Shown: piece by piece, positions 36,571 through 50,034 of the stretch
Position numbering within the stretch: position 1 is the first letter of the stretch
Layout of the letters: each line of letters begins with the position of its first letter
DNA from: an uncultured Acidobacteriota bacterium
GTDB lineage: Bacteria; Acidobacteriota; Thermoanaerobaculia; Multivoradales; UBA5704
Direction of reading: 5' to 3'
Assembly (NCBI GenBank): GCA_963770895.1
Contig: CAVYRF010000002.1
Location: forward strand, 4,544,001-4,608,000
Length of the DNA stretch: 64,000 bases
Program-made: the position numbers and the translations under genes
The notes under the pieces: generated by a model
What the model was told of the DNA's origin: nothing
The model's input: the letters and a program-made list of their open reading frames with translations, nothing else
Database searches by the model: none

Positions 36571-37851
36571 TCAGTAGAGCGGGCTGAAGAACACCGTCAG
36601 CAGCTCGCCCAGGCGGGCTTTCCAACCGCGGTGGCTCCAGCGTTCGTAGGTAACCTCGCGGCACTGGCCCAGATCGTTGGTAAACATCGCCTCGGCTTCG
36701 CCGGCAAAGCCGCGGTCGTAGACGGTGATGCTCTCTTCGGCGTTTTTGGCCATCGAGCGGGCGTCCATGTTGATCGATCCGACGATGGTGAACATGCCGT
36801 CGAACACGGCGGTCTTGCTGTGCATCATGGTGTGCAGGTATTCGTAGACCTTGACGCCGCCTTTCAGCAGCTCGCCGTGCGAAGCGCGCGAGGCCATGCG
36901 CACCAGCGCCACGTCGTTGTGTTTGCCGGGGATGATGATGCGCACGTCGACGCCGCGCTTCACCGCCTGGATGAGGGCGGCGCGCATCTGCACGTCGGGC
37001 AGGAAATAGGCGTTTTGAATGTGGATCGACTTTACGGCCGATTGGATCGCCAGGTAATACAGCATCTTGGCCAGCGACGACGCGTCGCCCCGCGCCACCT
37101 TGATCGCCTGCGCCGGAAGGTCGCCGGCCGGCTCGATCGGCGGATAGAAGTTGTCGCCGGCCAGGATCTCGCCCGTCGTATAGGTCCAGTCCTCGGCGAA
37201 GATCGCCTGCATCTGCGCCGCGGTGGGGCCGGTCACCTCCACCTCGGTGTCGCGCCATTCGTTGGCGTTGCGGGCGTTGCCCAGCCAGCGCGCTTCGATG
37301 CCGAGCCCGCCGGTGAAGCAGACGGTGCCGTCCACCACCAGGATCTTGCGATGGGTGCGCTGGCCGAGCCGCTGGATGTTCCACAGCCGCACCGGGTGGT
37401 AGATCCGGAAGTTGACGCCGGCCGCCTTCATGCGGTCGGCCAGCGCTCCCGGATGGCCGGCAAAGCCGTCGACCAGAACCCGCACTTCGACGCCGCGCTG
37501 GGCGGCGCCCACCACCGCGTCGGTGATCAGGCTGCCAGCCGCGTTGTCGCTGAAGATGTACGACTCGAGGTTGACCGTATGGCGCGCCGCCGCGATCGCC
37601 CGCACCATGGCGGGGAACACCCCGTCGCCGTTCTGCAACAGCTGGATGCGGTTGCCTTTGACCATGGCGTTGCCGAAGCCGTCGAGCGAGCGGCGGAACG
37701 CGGGATCGTCGACCGGCGCCGGGTGATTGAGATGAAAGGTCTGCCGCTTGGTCGCCGTGGTGGTGCAACCTGTGCCGAGCGCCAGCAGGGCCGCGGCGAG
37801 CAGGCACCCGGCGATCGTCCGGGACGGGCCGGTCGGTTGCGCCGCGCTCAT
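36571..37851 (-). CDS. cls: Cardiolipin synthase / phospholipase D family protein
   Basis: Two HKD motifs (HRKILVVDG, HSKTAVFDG), WRDT, NAYFLP, GSINMD. Confidence 0.92.
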   Translation of the reverse strand: MSAAQPTGPSRTIAGCLLAAALLALGTGCTTTATKRQTFHLNHPAPVDDPAFRRSLDGFGNAMVKGNRIQLLQNGDGVFPAMVRAIAAARHTVNLESYIFSDNAAGSLITDAVVGAAQRGVEVRVLVDGFAGHPGALADRMKAAGVNFRIYHPVRLWNIQRLGQRTHRKILVVDGTVCFTGGLGIEARWLGNARNANEWRDTEVEVTGPTAAQMQAIFAEDWTYTTGEILAGDNFYPPIEPAGDLPAQAIKVARGDASSLAKMLYYLAIQSAVKSIHIQNAYFLPDVQMRAALIQAVKRGVDVRIIIPGKHNDVALVRMASRASHGELLKGGVKVYEYLHTMMHSKTAVFDGMFTIVGSINMDARSMAKNAEESITVYDRGFAGEAEAMFTNDLGQCREVTYERWSHRGWKARLGELLTVFFSPLY

Positions 37852-38507
37852 TGGGGGTGACCCTCGGGGTCGAGCAGCGTTGCCAGGAGCTTTTCGTGCT
37901 CGGGAAAGCTGTGACGGTAGTCGTCGCGGCCGCGCGCGATCACGTCGCGCGCCTCGTCGCGGCCGTAGGTGCCGGCGATCTCCACCTTTTCGCGCCCGCC
38001 GGGGGCCAGCTTGTAGGTCAGGAAATAGTGGGTCAGCCGCTCGACCAGCGCGGGCGGCAGGTCCGCCAGCTCTTGGACGCCGCCGAACGTCACGTCGTCT
38101 TCGAGGACGGCGACGACCTTGTCGTCGGCCTCCCCCGTATCGATCACCCGCAGGCCGCCGATCGGGATCGCCTGGAGCAGGAAGTCGCCGTGCGAGAACG
38201 CCCGTTCCGACAGCACGCAGATGTCGAGCGGATCGCCGTCGCCCCCCAGGTCCTGGCGGCCGGTGCGCTGGCGCGCCAGCGCCGCCAGCGATTCCCCTGA
38301 ATAGGTCTGGGGGACGAACCCGTAGAGCGTCGGGCAGACATTGGAAAACTGCTGCGGGCGATCGATCTTCAGGTGACCGGTCGCCTTGTCGATCTCGTAC
38401 TTGACCGCGTCCGCGGGCACGATTTCGACGTAGACCGTCACCACCGCCGGCGCCTGCCTGCCGATCGGCACGCCGTGCCAGGGATGGGTCTTGAACAGCC
38501 GCTGCAT
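37848..38507 (-). CDS. ppa: Inorganic pyrophosphatase (family I)
   Basis: HPWHG, VKYEIDK, YGFVPQT, DGDPLDI, EADDK. The real start is internal to the long track ORF. Confidence 0.93.
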   Translation of the reverse strand: MQRLFKTHPWHGVPIGRQAPAVVTVYVEIVPADAVKYEIDKATGHLKIDRPQQFSNVCPTLYGFVPQTYSGESLAALARQRTGRQDLGGDGDPLDICVLSERAFSHGDFLLQAIPIGGLRVIDTGEADDKVVAVLEDDVTFGGVQELADLPPALVERLTHYFLTYKLAPGGREKVEIAGTYGRDEARDVIARGRDDYRHSFPEHEKLLATLLDPEGHPQ

Positions 38508-38509
38508 CC

Positions 38510-40609
38510 TCAACTCCCAGGCGCTGCGTCGCGCATCGTGACGTGGGTGCTCTGCTTGCCGTGCGATTCTAACAGCGGTGCCGGGTCGGCGCCCGCGCCG
38601 CCCTGGCTTTCGAACCATTTGCGGGCGCCGACCAGCTTCCACGAACGTTGGCCCTGGCGCAGCTGCATGCCGACGCTGAGCGGTCCGTAGGCGGCGTACA
38701 GGACGCCGTCGTCGCGGCCGCCGGCAAAGCGCAGCCGGGCGCGGATGCTGGCCTTGCCGGCGGTCATCGTCAGCCCGTCGATGGCGATCGAGCCCCTGGC
38801 CATCGCCAGTTCGCCGCTGGCGTCGATCGGGTGCAGGTCGAGCAGGCGGTCGAGCCACCCGAGCAGCGGCTTGGGCCGCGGCGCGAACAGCGCCAGGAGC
38901 GGCCGCGTGTCGCTCAGCGTGCTGCGCATGCGCGCCTGCAGCTCCACCTGCCCGGTGCGCGCGACCGACAGGTAGTCGAGATGCACCCGCGCCCACCAGC
39001 CGCCGCCGCCCCTGCCGCCGGCGCCGCGATTGCGGTCGTCCCCGTTGCCGCCGTCGCCGTCCAGGCGCTGGACGTCGCCCAGCGCCACGTCGCTTTCGGT
39101 GAGCAGCAGCCGCCGCTGCAACAGCAGGGCGCGAAACCGGCTCCGCGCCTGAAGATTGCCGCGCAGGTGGGCGCCCGGCAGCAGGACCTCGACGGCGCGG
39201 CCGCGCAGGTCGATGCCGCCCGCCGCCTCCCACGCCGGCGCCGCGGCGCGCAGGTTGGCGCTCACCACGCCGGTGCCGCCGGCGAGCTGCACGCCGGCGC
39301 CGCGCGGCAGGTTGCGGTTGTAGGAGCTGAAGTCGCTGATCGCCGTCGGCGGCAGGTCGATCGCCACTGCCGCCGGCACCGGCAGGGCGGCGACACGCAG
39401 GTCGCGGGTGGCGATCTCGACGCGCAGGCCGCGCCCCTGCGCACGCTTCTCGCCGGCGCCTTCCCGGCCCAGCTGGAACTGGTCGAACGCCGCGACCAGC
39501 CTGCCCACCGGTCCGCCGCGGTCCGCCGCCACGTCCCAGGTCACCTGGCATCGCCCCGTCGCCACGTCGTCGAGCAGCCGCGCGGTCACGCTGCCCGGCC
39601 GTGCCGCCACGTGGGCACCGGGCAGGTACATGCCGTGGCGTACGTCCAGGGAGGCCTCGAAGGTGCCGGCGTCGCCGCCCAGCTCGATCCATGGCACCGC
39701 GGCCACGTACGGTGCGAGAAAGCCCAGGCTCTGCATGCGGCCGCGCAGGCGCACGCTGCCGCTTGCCAGCGGCAGGAAGCCGCCCTGCAAGTTGGTGGGG
39801 TCGACGGGCGGCAGCTCGAAGCGCACCGCTCCGGTCATGCCGTCGAGCAGCGGCCGGTCGCTCACCTGGAGCGCGCCCCAGCGCAGGTCGGCCGTCGCGC
39901 TGTCGAGCGTGAACCGGTGGGCGTTCTCCATGTCGAAGCCGCCCTGGACGCGCGCCTGGCCGGCGAAGCGATAGCCGGCGATCCACACCTCCCGCACCCG
40001 CTCCAGCGTCACCCCCGCCAGGCGGATGCGCCACCGTCCCCGCTCGTCCTCCGGCCCCGCGGGCGGCGGGGGAGCCGTCGTATTGACCAGGCCGGGAATG
40101 ACCGGCACCTGCGGCGGCGGCTCGGCGGGATGCCACGCCAGATCCGGGCGCGGGCCGGCGCCGGCGGCGGAGGAGGCGATATCGCCGTGAGGGGAGGCCG
40201 CTTCGCCGGCGCCGCCGGGCTTGCCGGGAGCGCCGGCCCCAGGGGAGGCGGTCTGCTCCGGCCGCCGGCGCAGGCGAAAGGCGACGCCGCTGGCGGTCAG
40301 CGAGCTGGCGGCCAGCTCGCGCCGCAGCAGCCGCGGCAGGTCGATGGCGATCGTCGCCGAGTCGATGCCCGCCCACCACTGCGAAGTGCGCGCCTGCCCG
40401 ACGAGCTCTATGCGCTCCAGGTGGACCACGCCCGGCAGCACCGTCCAGGCGGAGGCATAGTGCAGGACGAAGCGGTCCGGGTGCCGGTTGATCAGCCGCA
40501 GCAGCCACCCCGACCGCAGCAGGACGTTGGCCGCCGCCAGGTAGCCGCCGAGGCAGACGGCGAGGATCGCGGCCCCGGTGAGGAGCAGCTTGCGCGTTGA
40601 GCTTTTCAT
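38510..40609 (-). CDS. Hypothetical membrane-anchored beta-rich protein (possibly AsmA-like)
   Basis: N-terminal TM (LLLTGAAILAVCLGGYLAAANV) and a beta-strand-rich body. First gene of an apparent operon with ppa and cls. Confidence 0.7.
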   Translation of the reverse strand: MKSSTRKLLLTGAAILAVCLGGYLAAANVLLRSGWLLRLINRHPDRFVLHYASAWTVLPGVVHLERIELVGQARTSQWWAGIDSATIAIDLPRLLRRELAASSLTASGVAFRLRRRPEQTASPGAGAPGKPGGAGEAASPHGDIASSAAGAGPRPDLAWHPAEPPPQVPVIPGLVNTTAPPPPAGPEDERGRWRIRLAGVTLERVREVWIAGYRFAGQARVQGGFDMENAHRFTLDSATADLRWGALQVSDRPLLDGMTGAVRFELPPVDPTNLQGGFLPLASGSVRLRGRMQSLGFLAPYVAAVPWIELGGDAGTFEASLDVRHGMYLPGAHVAARPGSVTARLLDDVATGRCQVTWDVAADRGGPVGRLVAAFDQFQLGREGAGEKRAQGRGLRVEIATRDLRVAALPVPAAVAIDLPPTAISDFSSYNRNLPRGAGVQLAGGTGVVSANLRAAAPAWEAAGGIDLRGRAVEVLLPGAHLRGNLQARSRFRALLLQRRLLLTESDVALGDVQRLDGDGGNGDDRNRGAGGRGGGGWWARVHLDYLSVARTGQVELQARMRSTLSDTRPLLALFAPRPKPLLGWLDRLLDLHPIDASGELAMARGSIAIDGLTMTAGKASIRARLRFAGGRDDGVLYAAYGPLSVGMQLRQGQRSWKLVGARKWFESQGGAGADPAPLLESHGKQSTHVTMRDAAPGS

Positions 40610-40650
40610 GTCGGCGGGCGGATCGCTGTCAGGCTGTCGCCGGCGAACCC

Positions 40651-40666
40651 TGCGAGGCGCGTGCCA
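40651..40666 (-). promoter_or_regulatory. Putative sigma54 promoter
   Basis: Minus strand TGGCACGCGCCTCGCA, GG-N10-GC, about 40 nt upstream of the 40609 start. Confidence 0.55.
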
Positions 40667-40670
40667 GACC

Positions 40671-40686
40671 TGGCACAGGTGTTGCT
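40671..40686 (+). promoter_or_regulatory. Putative sigma54 promoter
   Basis: TGGCACAGGTGTTGCT, near-consensus. Confidence 0.7.
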
Positions 40687-40757
40687 CCATACCGCGGCGT
40701 GTCCACCCGGACACTCGGCCCAGCAGCCAGCCGGTTCACCAAGAAAGGGGTTTTGCG

Positions 40758-40898
40758 ATGCTCTTGATCCTCGCGGTCATCTTGTTTGTTCTCTGGGTGC
40801 TCGGCTTTGTCGCGTTCCACGTGGGAGGCGGCCTGATCCACATCCTGCTGGTGATCGCCATCATCGTGGTCGTGGTGCACCTGCTACGGCGGGTCTAG
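40758..40898 (+). CDS. lmo0937-family small membrane protein
   Basis: MLLILAVILFVLWVLGFVAFHVGGGLIHILLVIAIIVVVVHLLRRV. Confidence 0.9.
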   Translation: MLLILAVILFVLWVLGFVAFHVGGGLIHILLVIAIIVVVVHLLRRV

Positions 40899-41080
40899 CG
40901 AAGAAGAAACAGACCGAATCGATTGCCCGGTGGCGATCGAGCGGCCGCATCCCCGTGGGGGCCCGCGTGGGTGTGGTTGCTCGGTCGCCGCCGTTTTATT
41001 GCCGTTCGCCCTCCTGGCAGCTCCCCGCTTCCCAAACTTGCGCTCCCCGCCGGCGGCGCGCTATGCTCCTATTCGTGACC

Positions 41081-41093
41081 AGATTAGTAATCT
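41081..41093. promoter_or_regulatory. AT-rich palindromic operator candidate
   Basis: AGATTA-G-TAATCT, between a TTGCGC..TATGCT promoter-like element and the RBS. Confidence 0.5.
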
Positions 41094-41117
41094 AGTTCTG
41101 AATGTGGGAGGCTGCGC

Positions 41118-42200
41118 GTGCCGACGTCCGAGGTGGCTGCATCCCCGTCCCGATCCGGCAGCGCCGACACCCTGCGGCCGCTCGCCATCTATTACGAGCA
41201 CCCGGTCTGGTTCGAGCGGCTGTTCGCCGAGCTCGACCGGCGCGGCACCCCGTACGAAAAAATCGACGCCACGTCGCACCTGTACGATCCGGCGGACCTG
41301 GCGGGAGACGTCCGCCGCGCGCCGGTGCTGTTCAACCGCATGAGCCCGTCGGCCTACCGGCGCAGCCACGCGCAGGTGTTTTACACCCTGCACTACCTGG
41401 CCGCCCTGCAGCAGGCCGGCGCGCGGGTGATCAACGGCGTGCAGGCCTTTCGCCACGAGACCTCGAAGGCGCTGCAGCTGTCCCTGCTGCGCCTGCTGGA
41501 GCTGCCGGCGCCGCGCACGCGCGTCATCCACCACCCGGCCCAGGCGGTGGCGGCGGCCCAGGGCCTGCGCTATCCCGTCGTGGTCAAGCCCAACGTCGGC
41601 GGCAGCGGCGCCGGCGTCCAGCGCTACGACTCGCCCGCGCAGCTGGCCCGCGCCGCGGCGGCGGCGGCCGCGGCGGGCGGCGTCGCGGACCCTGGCGGCG
41701 GAGCGGCCGACGGCGCCCGCGGCGGTCCGGCGATCGACATGGGGCTGGACCACGTGGCGTTGGTGCAGGAGTTCATCCCCGCCCGCGGCGGCCACATCAC
41801 GCGCATGGAGGTGGTGGGCGGCAAGTTCCTGTACGGCATCAAGGTCCATCTGAGCGGCGAAACCTTCGATCTGTGCCCGGCCGACATCTGCCGCACCACC
41901 GCCGGCGTCGAGCTGGGCACCGCCTGCGCCGTCGAAGCGCCCAAGGCCGGCCTGCGCGTCGAAGGTTTCACGCCGCCGTCCGAGGTGGTGGCCGGCGCCG
42001 AACGGATCATGCGCCACGCCGGGATCGACGTCGGCGGCATCGAATACGTCGTCGACGACCGCGACGGCCAGCTCTACTTCTACGACATCAACGCCCTGTC
42101 GAACTTTGTCTCCGACGGCCCGCGGGTCATCGGTTTCGACCCCTTCGTGCAGCTCGCCGACTTTCTGGAAGCGGAGATGGAGGCGCACCATGATCGCTGA
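41118..42200 (+). CDS. ATP-grasp (RimK/glutathione synthetase-like) protein
   Basis: VVVKPNVGGSGAG, LVQEFIP, GGIEY, YDINALSNF. Confidence 0.85.
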   Translation: MPTSEVAASPSRSGSADTLRPLAIYYEHPVWFERLFAELDRRGTPYEKIDATSHLYDPADLAGDVRRAPVLFNRMSPSAYRRSHAQVFYTLHYLAALQQAGARVINGVQAFRHETSKALQLSLLRLLELPAPRTRVIHHPAQAVAAAQGLRYPVVVKPNVGGSGAGVQRYDSPAQLARAAAAAAAAGGVADPGGGAADGARGGPAIDMGLDHVALVQEFIPARGGHITRMEVVGGKFLYGIKVHLSGETFDLCPADICRTTAGVELGTACAVEAPKAGLRVEGFTPPSEVVAGAERIMRHAGIDVGGIEYVVDDRDGQLYFYDINALSNFVSDGPRVIGFDPFVQLADFLEAEMEAHHDR

Positions 42201-43347
42201 TTCCAACCCGACCGCCGCCGGCACCGCCGAGTTCACCGCCGCCGCCCGCGCCGCGGCCCGCCCGCGGCCGTCCGCGCCGGGCATGCGCTTCGGCTACTGG
42301 CTGCCGGTCTTCGGCGGTTGGCTGCGCAACGTCGCGGACGAGGGCATGGAGGCGACCTGGCCGCACGTCAGCCGCCTGGCCCGCCGCAGCGAGCAGATCG
42401 GCTTCGACGTGACGCTGCTCGCCGAGCTCAACCTCAACGACATCAAGGGCGTCGAAGCGCCCGCCCTGGACGCCTGGTCCACCGCCGCGGCGCTGGCCGC
42501 GGTCACCACCGAGCTGGAGCTGATGGTCGCCGTGCGCCCGACGTTCCACCTGCCGGCGCTGCTGGCCAAGCAGGCCGCCAACATCGACCGCATCAGCGGC
42601 GGCCGCCTGTCGCTCAACGTCGTGTCGTCCTGGTGGGCCGACGAAGCCAGGAAGTACGGCGTCGCCTTCGAGCAGCACGACGACCGCTACGCCCGCACCG
42701 CCGAATGGCTCGACGTCGTGGACGGCGTCTGGTCGCAGGACCACTTTTCGTACTCCGGCCGCTTTTACAAGGTCGAGGACAACGTTTTGCAGCCCAAGCC
42801 GCTGGCGCAGCCGCGCCCGGTGCTATACGCCGGCGGCGAGTCGGAAGCGGCCAAGGACCTGATCGCCCGCCGCTGCGACGCCTACCTGATGCACGGCGAC
42901 CCGCCCGAGCGCGTCGCCGCCAAGGTCGCGGACCTGACCGCGCGCCGCGAGCAGACCGGCCTGCCGCCGCTGCGCTTCGGCGTCGCCGGCTACGTCGTCG
43001 TGCGCGACACCGAGGCGGCGGCCCAGGCCGAGCTGGCCCGCATCACCGACGTGCGCCAGAGCGCCGCCGGCTTCGACAACTTCCAGCAGTGGCTGGCCGG
43101 CACCCAGCTCGAGCAGCAGATGTCGATCCAGGACTACTCCGTGTCCAACCGCGGCCTGCGCTCCGGCCTGGTCGGCACCCCCGCCCAGGTCCAGGAGCAG
43201 GTGGCCCGCTTCGAGCAAGCCGGCGTCGACCTGCTGCTGCTGCAATTCAGCCCGCAGTACGAAGAGATGGAGCGCTTCGCCGAAACCGTCATCGCCCCCC
43301 TGCGCCGCCATCGCGCCGCCGTCGCCGCGGCCGCGGCCGCGGGCTAG
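42190..43347 (+). CDS. LLM-class flavin-dependent monooxygenase (SsuD/SfnG-like)
   Basis: FGYWLPVFGG, AVRP, SGGRLSLNVV, GGES, LVGTP. Confidence 0.9.
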   Translation: MIADSNPTAAGTAEFTAAARAAARPRPSAPGMRFGYWLPVFGGWLRNVADEGMEATWPHVSRLARRSEQIGFDVTLLAELNLNDIKGVEAPALDAWSTAAALAAVTTELELMVAVRPTFHLPALLAKQAANIDRISGGRLSLNVVSSWWADEARKYGVAFEQHDDRYARTAEWLDVVDGVWSQDHFSYSGRFYKVEDNVLQPKPLAQPRPVLYAGGESEAAKDLIARRCDAYLMHGDPPERVAAKVADLTARREQTGLPPLRFGVAGYVVVRDTEAAAQAELARITDVRQSAAGFDNFQQWLAGTQLEQQMSIQDYSVSNRGLRSGLVGTPAQVQEQVARFEQAGVDLLLLQFSPQYEEMERFAETVIAPLRRHRAAVAAAAAAG

Positions 43348-43388
43348 GCCGCGGCCGCGGTCGCGGGTCCGCCGACCTCTCGCTTTGC

Positions 43389-46951
<3,563 letters not shown>

Positions 46952-46955
<4 letters not shown>

Positions 46956-48370
46956 GGTGTTTCCTCCCAGGAGTGGGGACCTTGATCGATCCCGCGCGGC
47001 GTGGCGCGCCGCCGCACGAACATGGCATAGGCCGGCAGTCCCAGCGCCACCAGGCCCAGACCCCACAGCGACTCGACCGGCCGCTCGTAGAGCGTGTTGC
47101 CGATCAGCAGCAGGCAGGCGAGCACGAACAGCGCCGGCACCACCGGATACCCCCAGGCGCGATACGCCCGCGGGGCGTCGGGCCGCCGCCGTCGCAGCAC
47201 GAAGACGGCGGCGCCGGCGGCGGCGTGGAACACGACAGAAGCGAAGACGACGTAGGTGTACAGCTGCACGTAGGTGCCGGTGACGGTGAGCACGACGGTC
47301 CAGGCGGTCTGCGCCCACAGGCTGGCGGTCGGCGTGCGGTAGCGCGGATGGATGACCCCCAGCGCCGGAAAGAACACGCCGTCGCGGGCCATCGGCAGAT
47401 AGATGCGCGAGCTGTAGAGGATGGTCGACGAGATGCAGCCGAAGGTCGAGATCAGCACCGCGACCGACACCAGGCGCGAGGCGAGCGGCCCGAACAGCAC
47501 GGCGGCGGCCTGCTCGCCGACGCGCGGGCTGGCGGCCATGGCGGGCAGCGACAGCGCCCGCTCGTAGGCCACGTTGAGCAGCAGGTAGAGGGCGGTCACC
47601 GCCAGGGTGCCGTAGATCAGGCCGCGCGGCAGGTTGCGGCCGGGGTCGTGCACCTCGCCGGCCGAGCAGGTGAGCGCGTACCAGCCGTCGAACGTCCACA
47701 GCACGGCGATCATCGCGACGCCGAAGGCGCCGGCCAGGCCGAGCGGCGACGCGAGGGCCGCCGGCAGCGGCGCGGTCAGCGCGGCGTGGGCCGCCGGCCG
47801 CACCAGCAGGCCGAGCAGGCCGAAGGCGGCGACCGATCCGATCTTGAGCACCGTCAGGGCGTTCTGCACCCAGGCGCCTTCGCGCAGCCCGAAATGGTTG
47901 ATCGCGGTGAGGCCGACGATCGCCGCGACCGCCGCCACCTGGCCTCCCGACAGCTGCCAGGTCCAGGAGCCGATGCGCTGCGCGAGCAGGATGTGGCCGG
48001 TCGAAAAGAACGGCACGAAGCTGCCCAGGTACTCGCCGAACGCCACGCCCAGGGCGGCGAGCCCGCCCGACATGATGACCAGAAAGCAGGTCCAGCCGTA
48101 GAGAAAACCCCAGACCGGGCCGTACGTCTCCTTGAGGTACTGGTAGAGGCCGCCGGCGCTCGGGTAGAGCACTCCCAGCTCGGCGAACGACAGCGCCCCC
48201 GCCAACACCAGCGCGCCGCCGACCGCCCAGGCGGCCAGCAGCAGACCCGCGTGCGGCAGGTCGTGCGCCATGTCGGCGGGAGTCAGGAAGATGCCGGTGC
48301 CGATGACCGAGCCGATGGTCAGCAGCACGCAGTCCGCGAGCCGCAACCCGCGAACCAGACCGCTGCTCAG
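46952..48370 (-). CDS. APC-family amino acid permease
   Basis: IGSVIGTGIF, FAELG..YPSAGG.Y.YL, YRAWGYP. Start is either TTG at 48346 or CTG at 48370. Confidence 0.88.
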
Positions 48371-48750
48371 CTCTTGCCCCGGCGCAGCGCGTCGATGCTA
48401 TAGGCGCCCGAGCCGCGCGCCGCGACGTACAGGAACAGGAAGCAGTAGAGGACCGCCAGCTCGCCCTTGTTCTGGATGGGAAGCGCCCCTTGGGACGCGT
48501 GCACCATGAAGTAGGCGACCGCCATCTCGCCGCTGCAGAGGAACGCGGCGATGCCGGCGAACAGGCCCAACGCGATCAGGATGCCGCCCACCAGCTCGAT
48601 CCAGCCCCCCACCTGCATCAAGAGCGCATCGCCGTGGCCGCCGCCGAAGGCGCCGAAGATCTTCTGCGCGCCATGGCAGAAGAACATCGCGCCGGCGACG
48701 AAGCGCAGCAGCGCATAGATCGGCTGGGAATACCTTTCGAGCCATTGCAT
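48367..48750 (-). CDS. DoxX family membrane protein
   Basis: LLRFVAGAMFFCHGAQKIFG, SGEMAVAYF, GELAVLYCF, GSGAYSID. Confidence 0.92.
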   Translation of the reverse strand: MQWLERYSQPIYALLRFVAGAMFFCHGAQKIFGAFGGGHGDALLMQVGGWIELVGGILIALGLFAGIAAFLCSGEMAVAYFMVHASQGALPIQNKGELAVLYCFLFLYVAARGSGAYSIDALRRGKS

Positions 48751-48881
48751 CGCCAACCTCCTTGTCAAGAAGACAGCAGGGACGGCGCGTTCGGTCAGGG
48801 ACCGAGGCGCTCGTGGGACGCGGCGCGCATCAAACTACCATATGGCAGCCGCGCGGCAAGCTCATCGCCTGCCGCCATCTC

Positions 48882-48897
48882 AGCAAGTCCGATACCA
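48882..48897 (-). promoter_or_regulatory. Possible sigma54 promoter
   Basis: Minus strand TGGTATCGGACTTGCT, GG-N10-GC. Confidence 0.4.
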
Positions 48898-48951
48898 TAG
48901 CTGACGCGCGGCGGGCGCACGCCGCGCGCGCGCAATGGGGAGATTGCCGTC

Positions 48952-50034
48952 ATGCCGACGATTTCGAGCAACCTGAAGGGTCCGCTGTCCGCGCTTGCCA
49001 TGCTGGCGCTCTGCTCGTGCGCGTCCAACCCGGCACCGGCACCGGCGCCGCCGGTAGGAGCGCAGAGCACGGCGCCGACGGCGGCAGTGCCGGTGCGGAG
49101 CGCGGCGACGACGCACCTGTGCGGCGCCGACGCCCAATATGTCACCTTCGCCAGCCTGGGAGTGCCGCAGGCGGAGCGCCCCATCGACCTGGTGACGACC
49201 GACGACGCCGACTACGTGCTGTTCGCGCCCGCCCGCCTGGTCAAGCTGACGCGCGAGGAGGGCAAGGTCAAGCTGCAAACGATCGTCGGCGAAGCGGGCC
49301 AGTCGTGGCAGGCGATGGCGCTCGACCCGATCGACAACACCCTGTGGGTGGCGACAGGGGAGTTCGTGCTGGTCCACGTGTCGCCGTCGCTCCATCAGCA
49401 GACGGTGCCGCTGCAGCGCGTGGCCGGCAGCGGCGGCTTCGTCCGCCTGGTGGTGGCGACCGATGCCATCTACGCCGAGCCGGCCTGCGCCAGCGACGCG
49501 GTGTGGCGGATCGACCGCAACGGCAAGGTGCTCGCTTCGTCGTTCCCGCTGGAAGCGGACCTGTCGCGACCCCAGGACGACATCGCCCAGCAGTGCGCCC
49601 GCGTGCGCCTGGACCGCGATCCCGAAGGCCACGTGGTGGCCTGGGACTGGCACAAGAAGGCGCTCTTCCGGGTGGACGACCAGGGGGCGTGGCACGACGT
49701 CAACGGCGGCGTCTTTGCCACGCTGCCCGACCCGCGCGTGCTGACCGGGGTGGACGTCGGCGGCGGCGGCGAACAGTGGTACTTCACCGGCGCGGCGGGG
49801 CTCTTCCTGTGGAAAGGCCGGCCGGTCTTCCTGGGCCAGCCGACCATCCGCAACATCGGCACCGGCGCCGACACGGTGCTGCTGGTGCCGCAAGGCGATA
49901 CCGCGCGCGAGCTGATCGAGGCCTGTCACGGTGCCAGCATCCAGCGCGTCGCGACCACGCCGCACCGCTATGCCGCCCTGCTCCGCGGCGGCATCGTGCT
50001 GGGCGACCTGGCCGGTGCGCCGGACCTGCAATGA
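48952..50034 (+). CDS. Hypothetical lipoprotein, probable beta-propeller
   Basis: Signal peptide ending ...ALCSC. Beta-rich repeats (MALDP..NTLWVAT, VWRIDRNGKVL). Confidence 0.7.
   Translation: MPTISSNLKGPLSALAMLALCSCASNPAPAPAPPVGAQSTAPTAAVPVRSAATTHLCGADAQYVTFASLGVPQAERPIDLVTTDDADYVLFAPARLVKLTREEGKVKLQTIVGEAGQSWQAMALDPIDNTLWVATGEFVLVHVSPSLHQQTVPLQRVAGSGGFVRLVVATDAIYAEPACASDAVWRIDRNGKVLASSFPLEADLSRPQDDIAQQCARVRLDRDPEGHVVAWDWHKKALFRVDDQGAWHDVNGGVFATLPDPRVLTGVDVGGGGEQWYFTGAAGLFLWKGRPVFLGQPTIRNIGTGADTVLLVPQGDTARELIEACHGASIQRVATTPHRYAALLRGGIVLGDLAGAPDLQ

Noticed and set aside
37848-40508. 886-aa ORF suggesting a giant pyrophosphatase fusion
   Set aside because: Only the last 219 aa are PPase. 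The upstream part is an alternative frame of 38510..40609.
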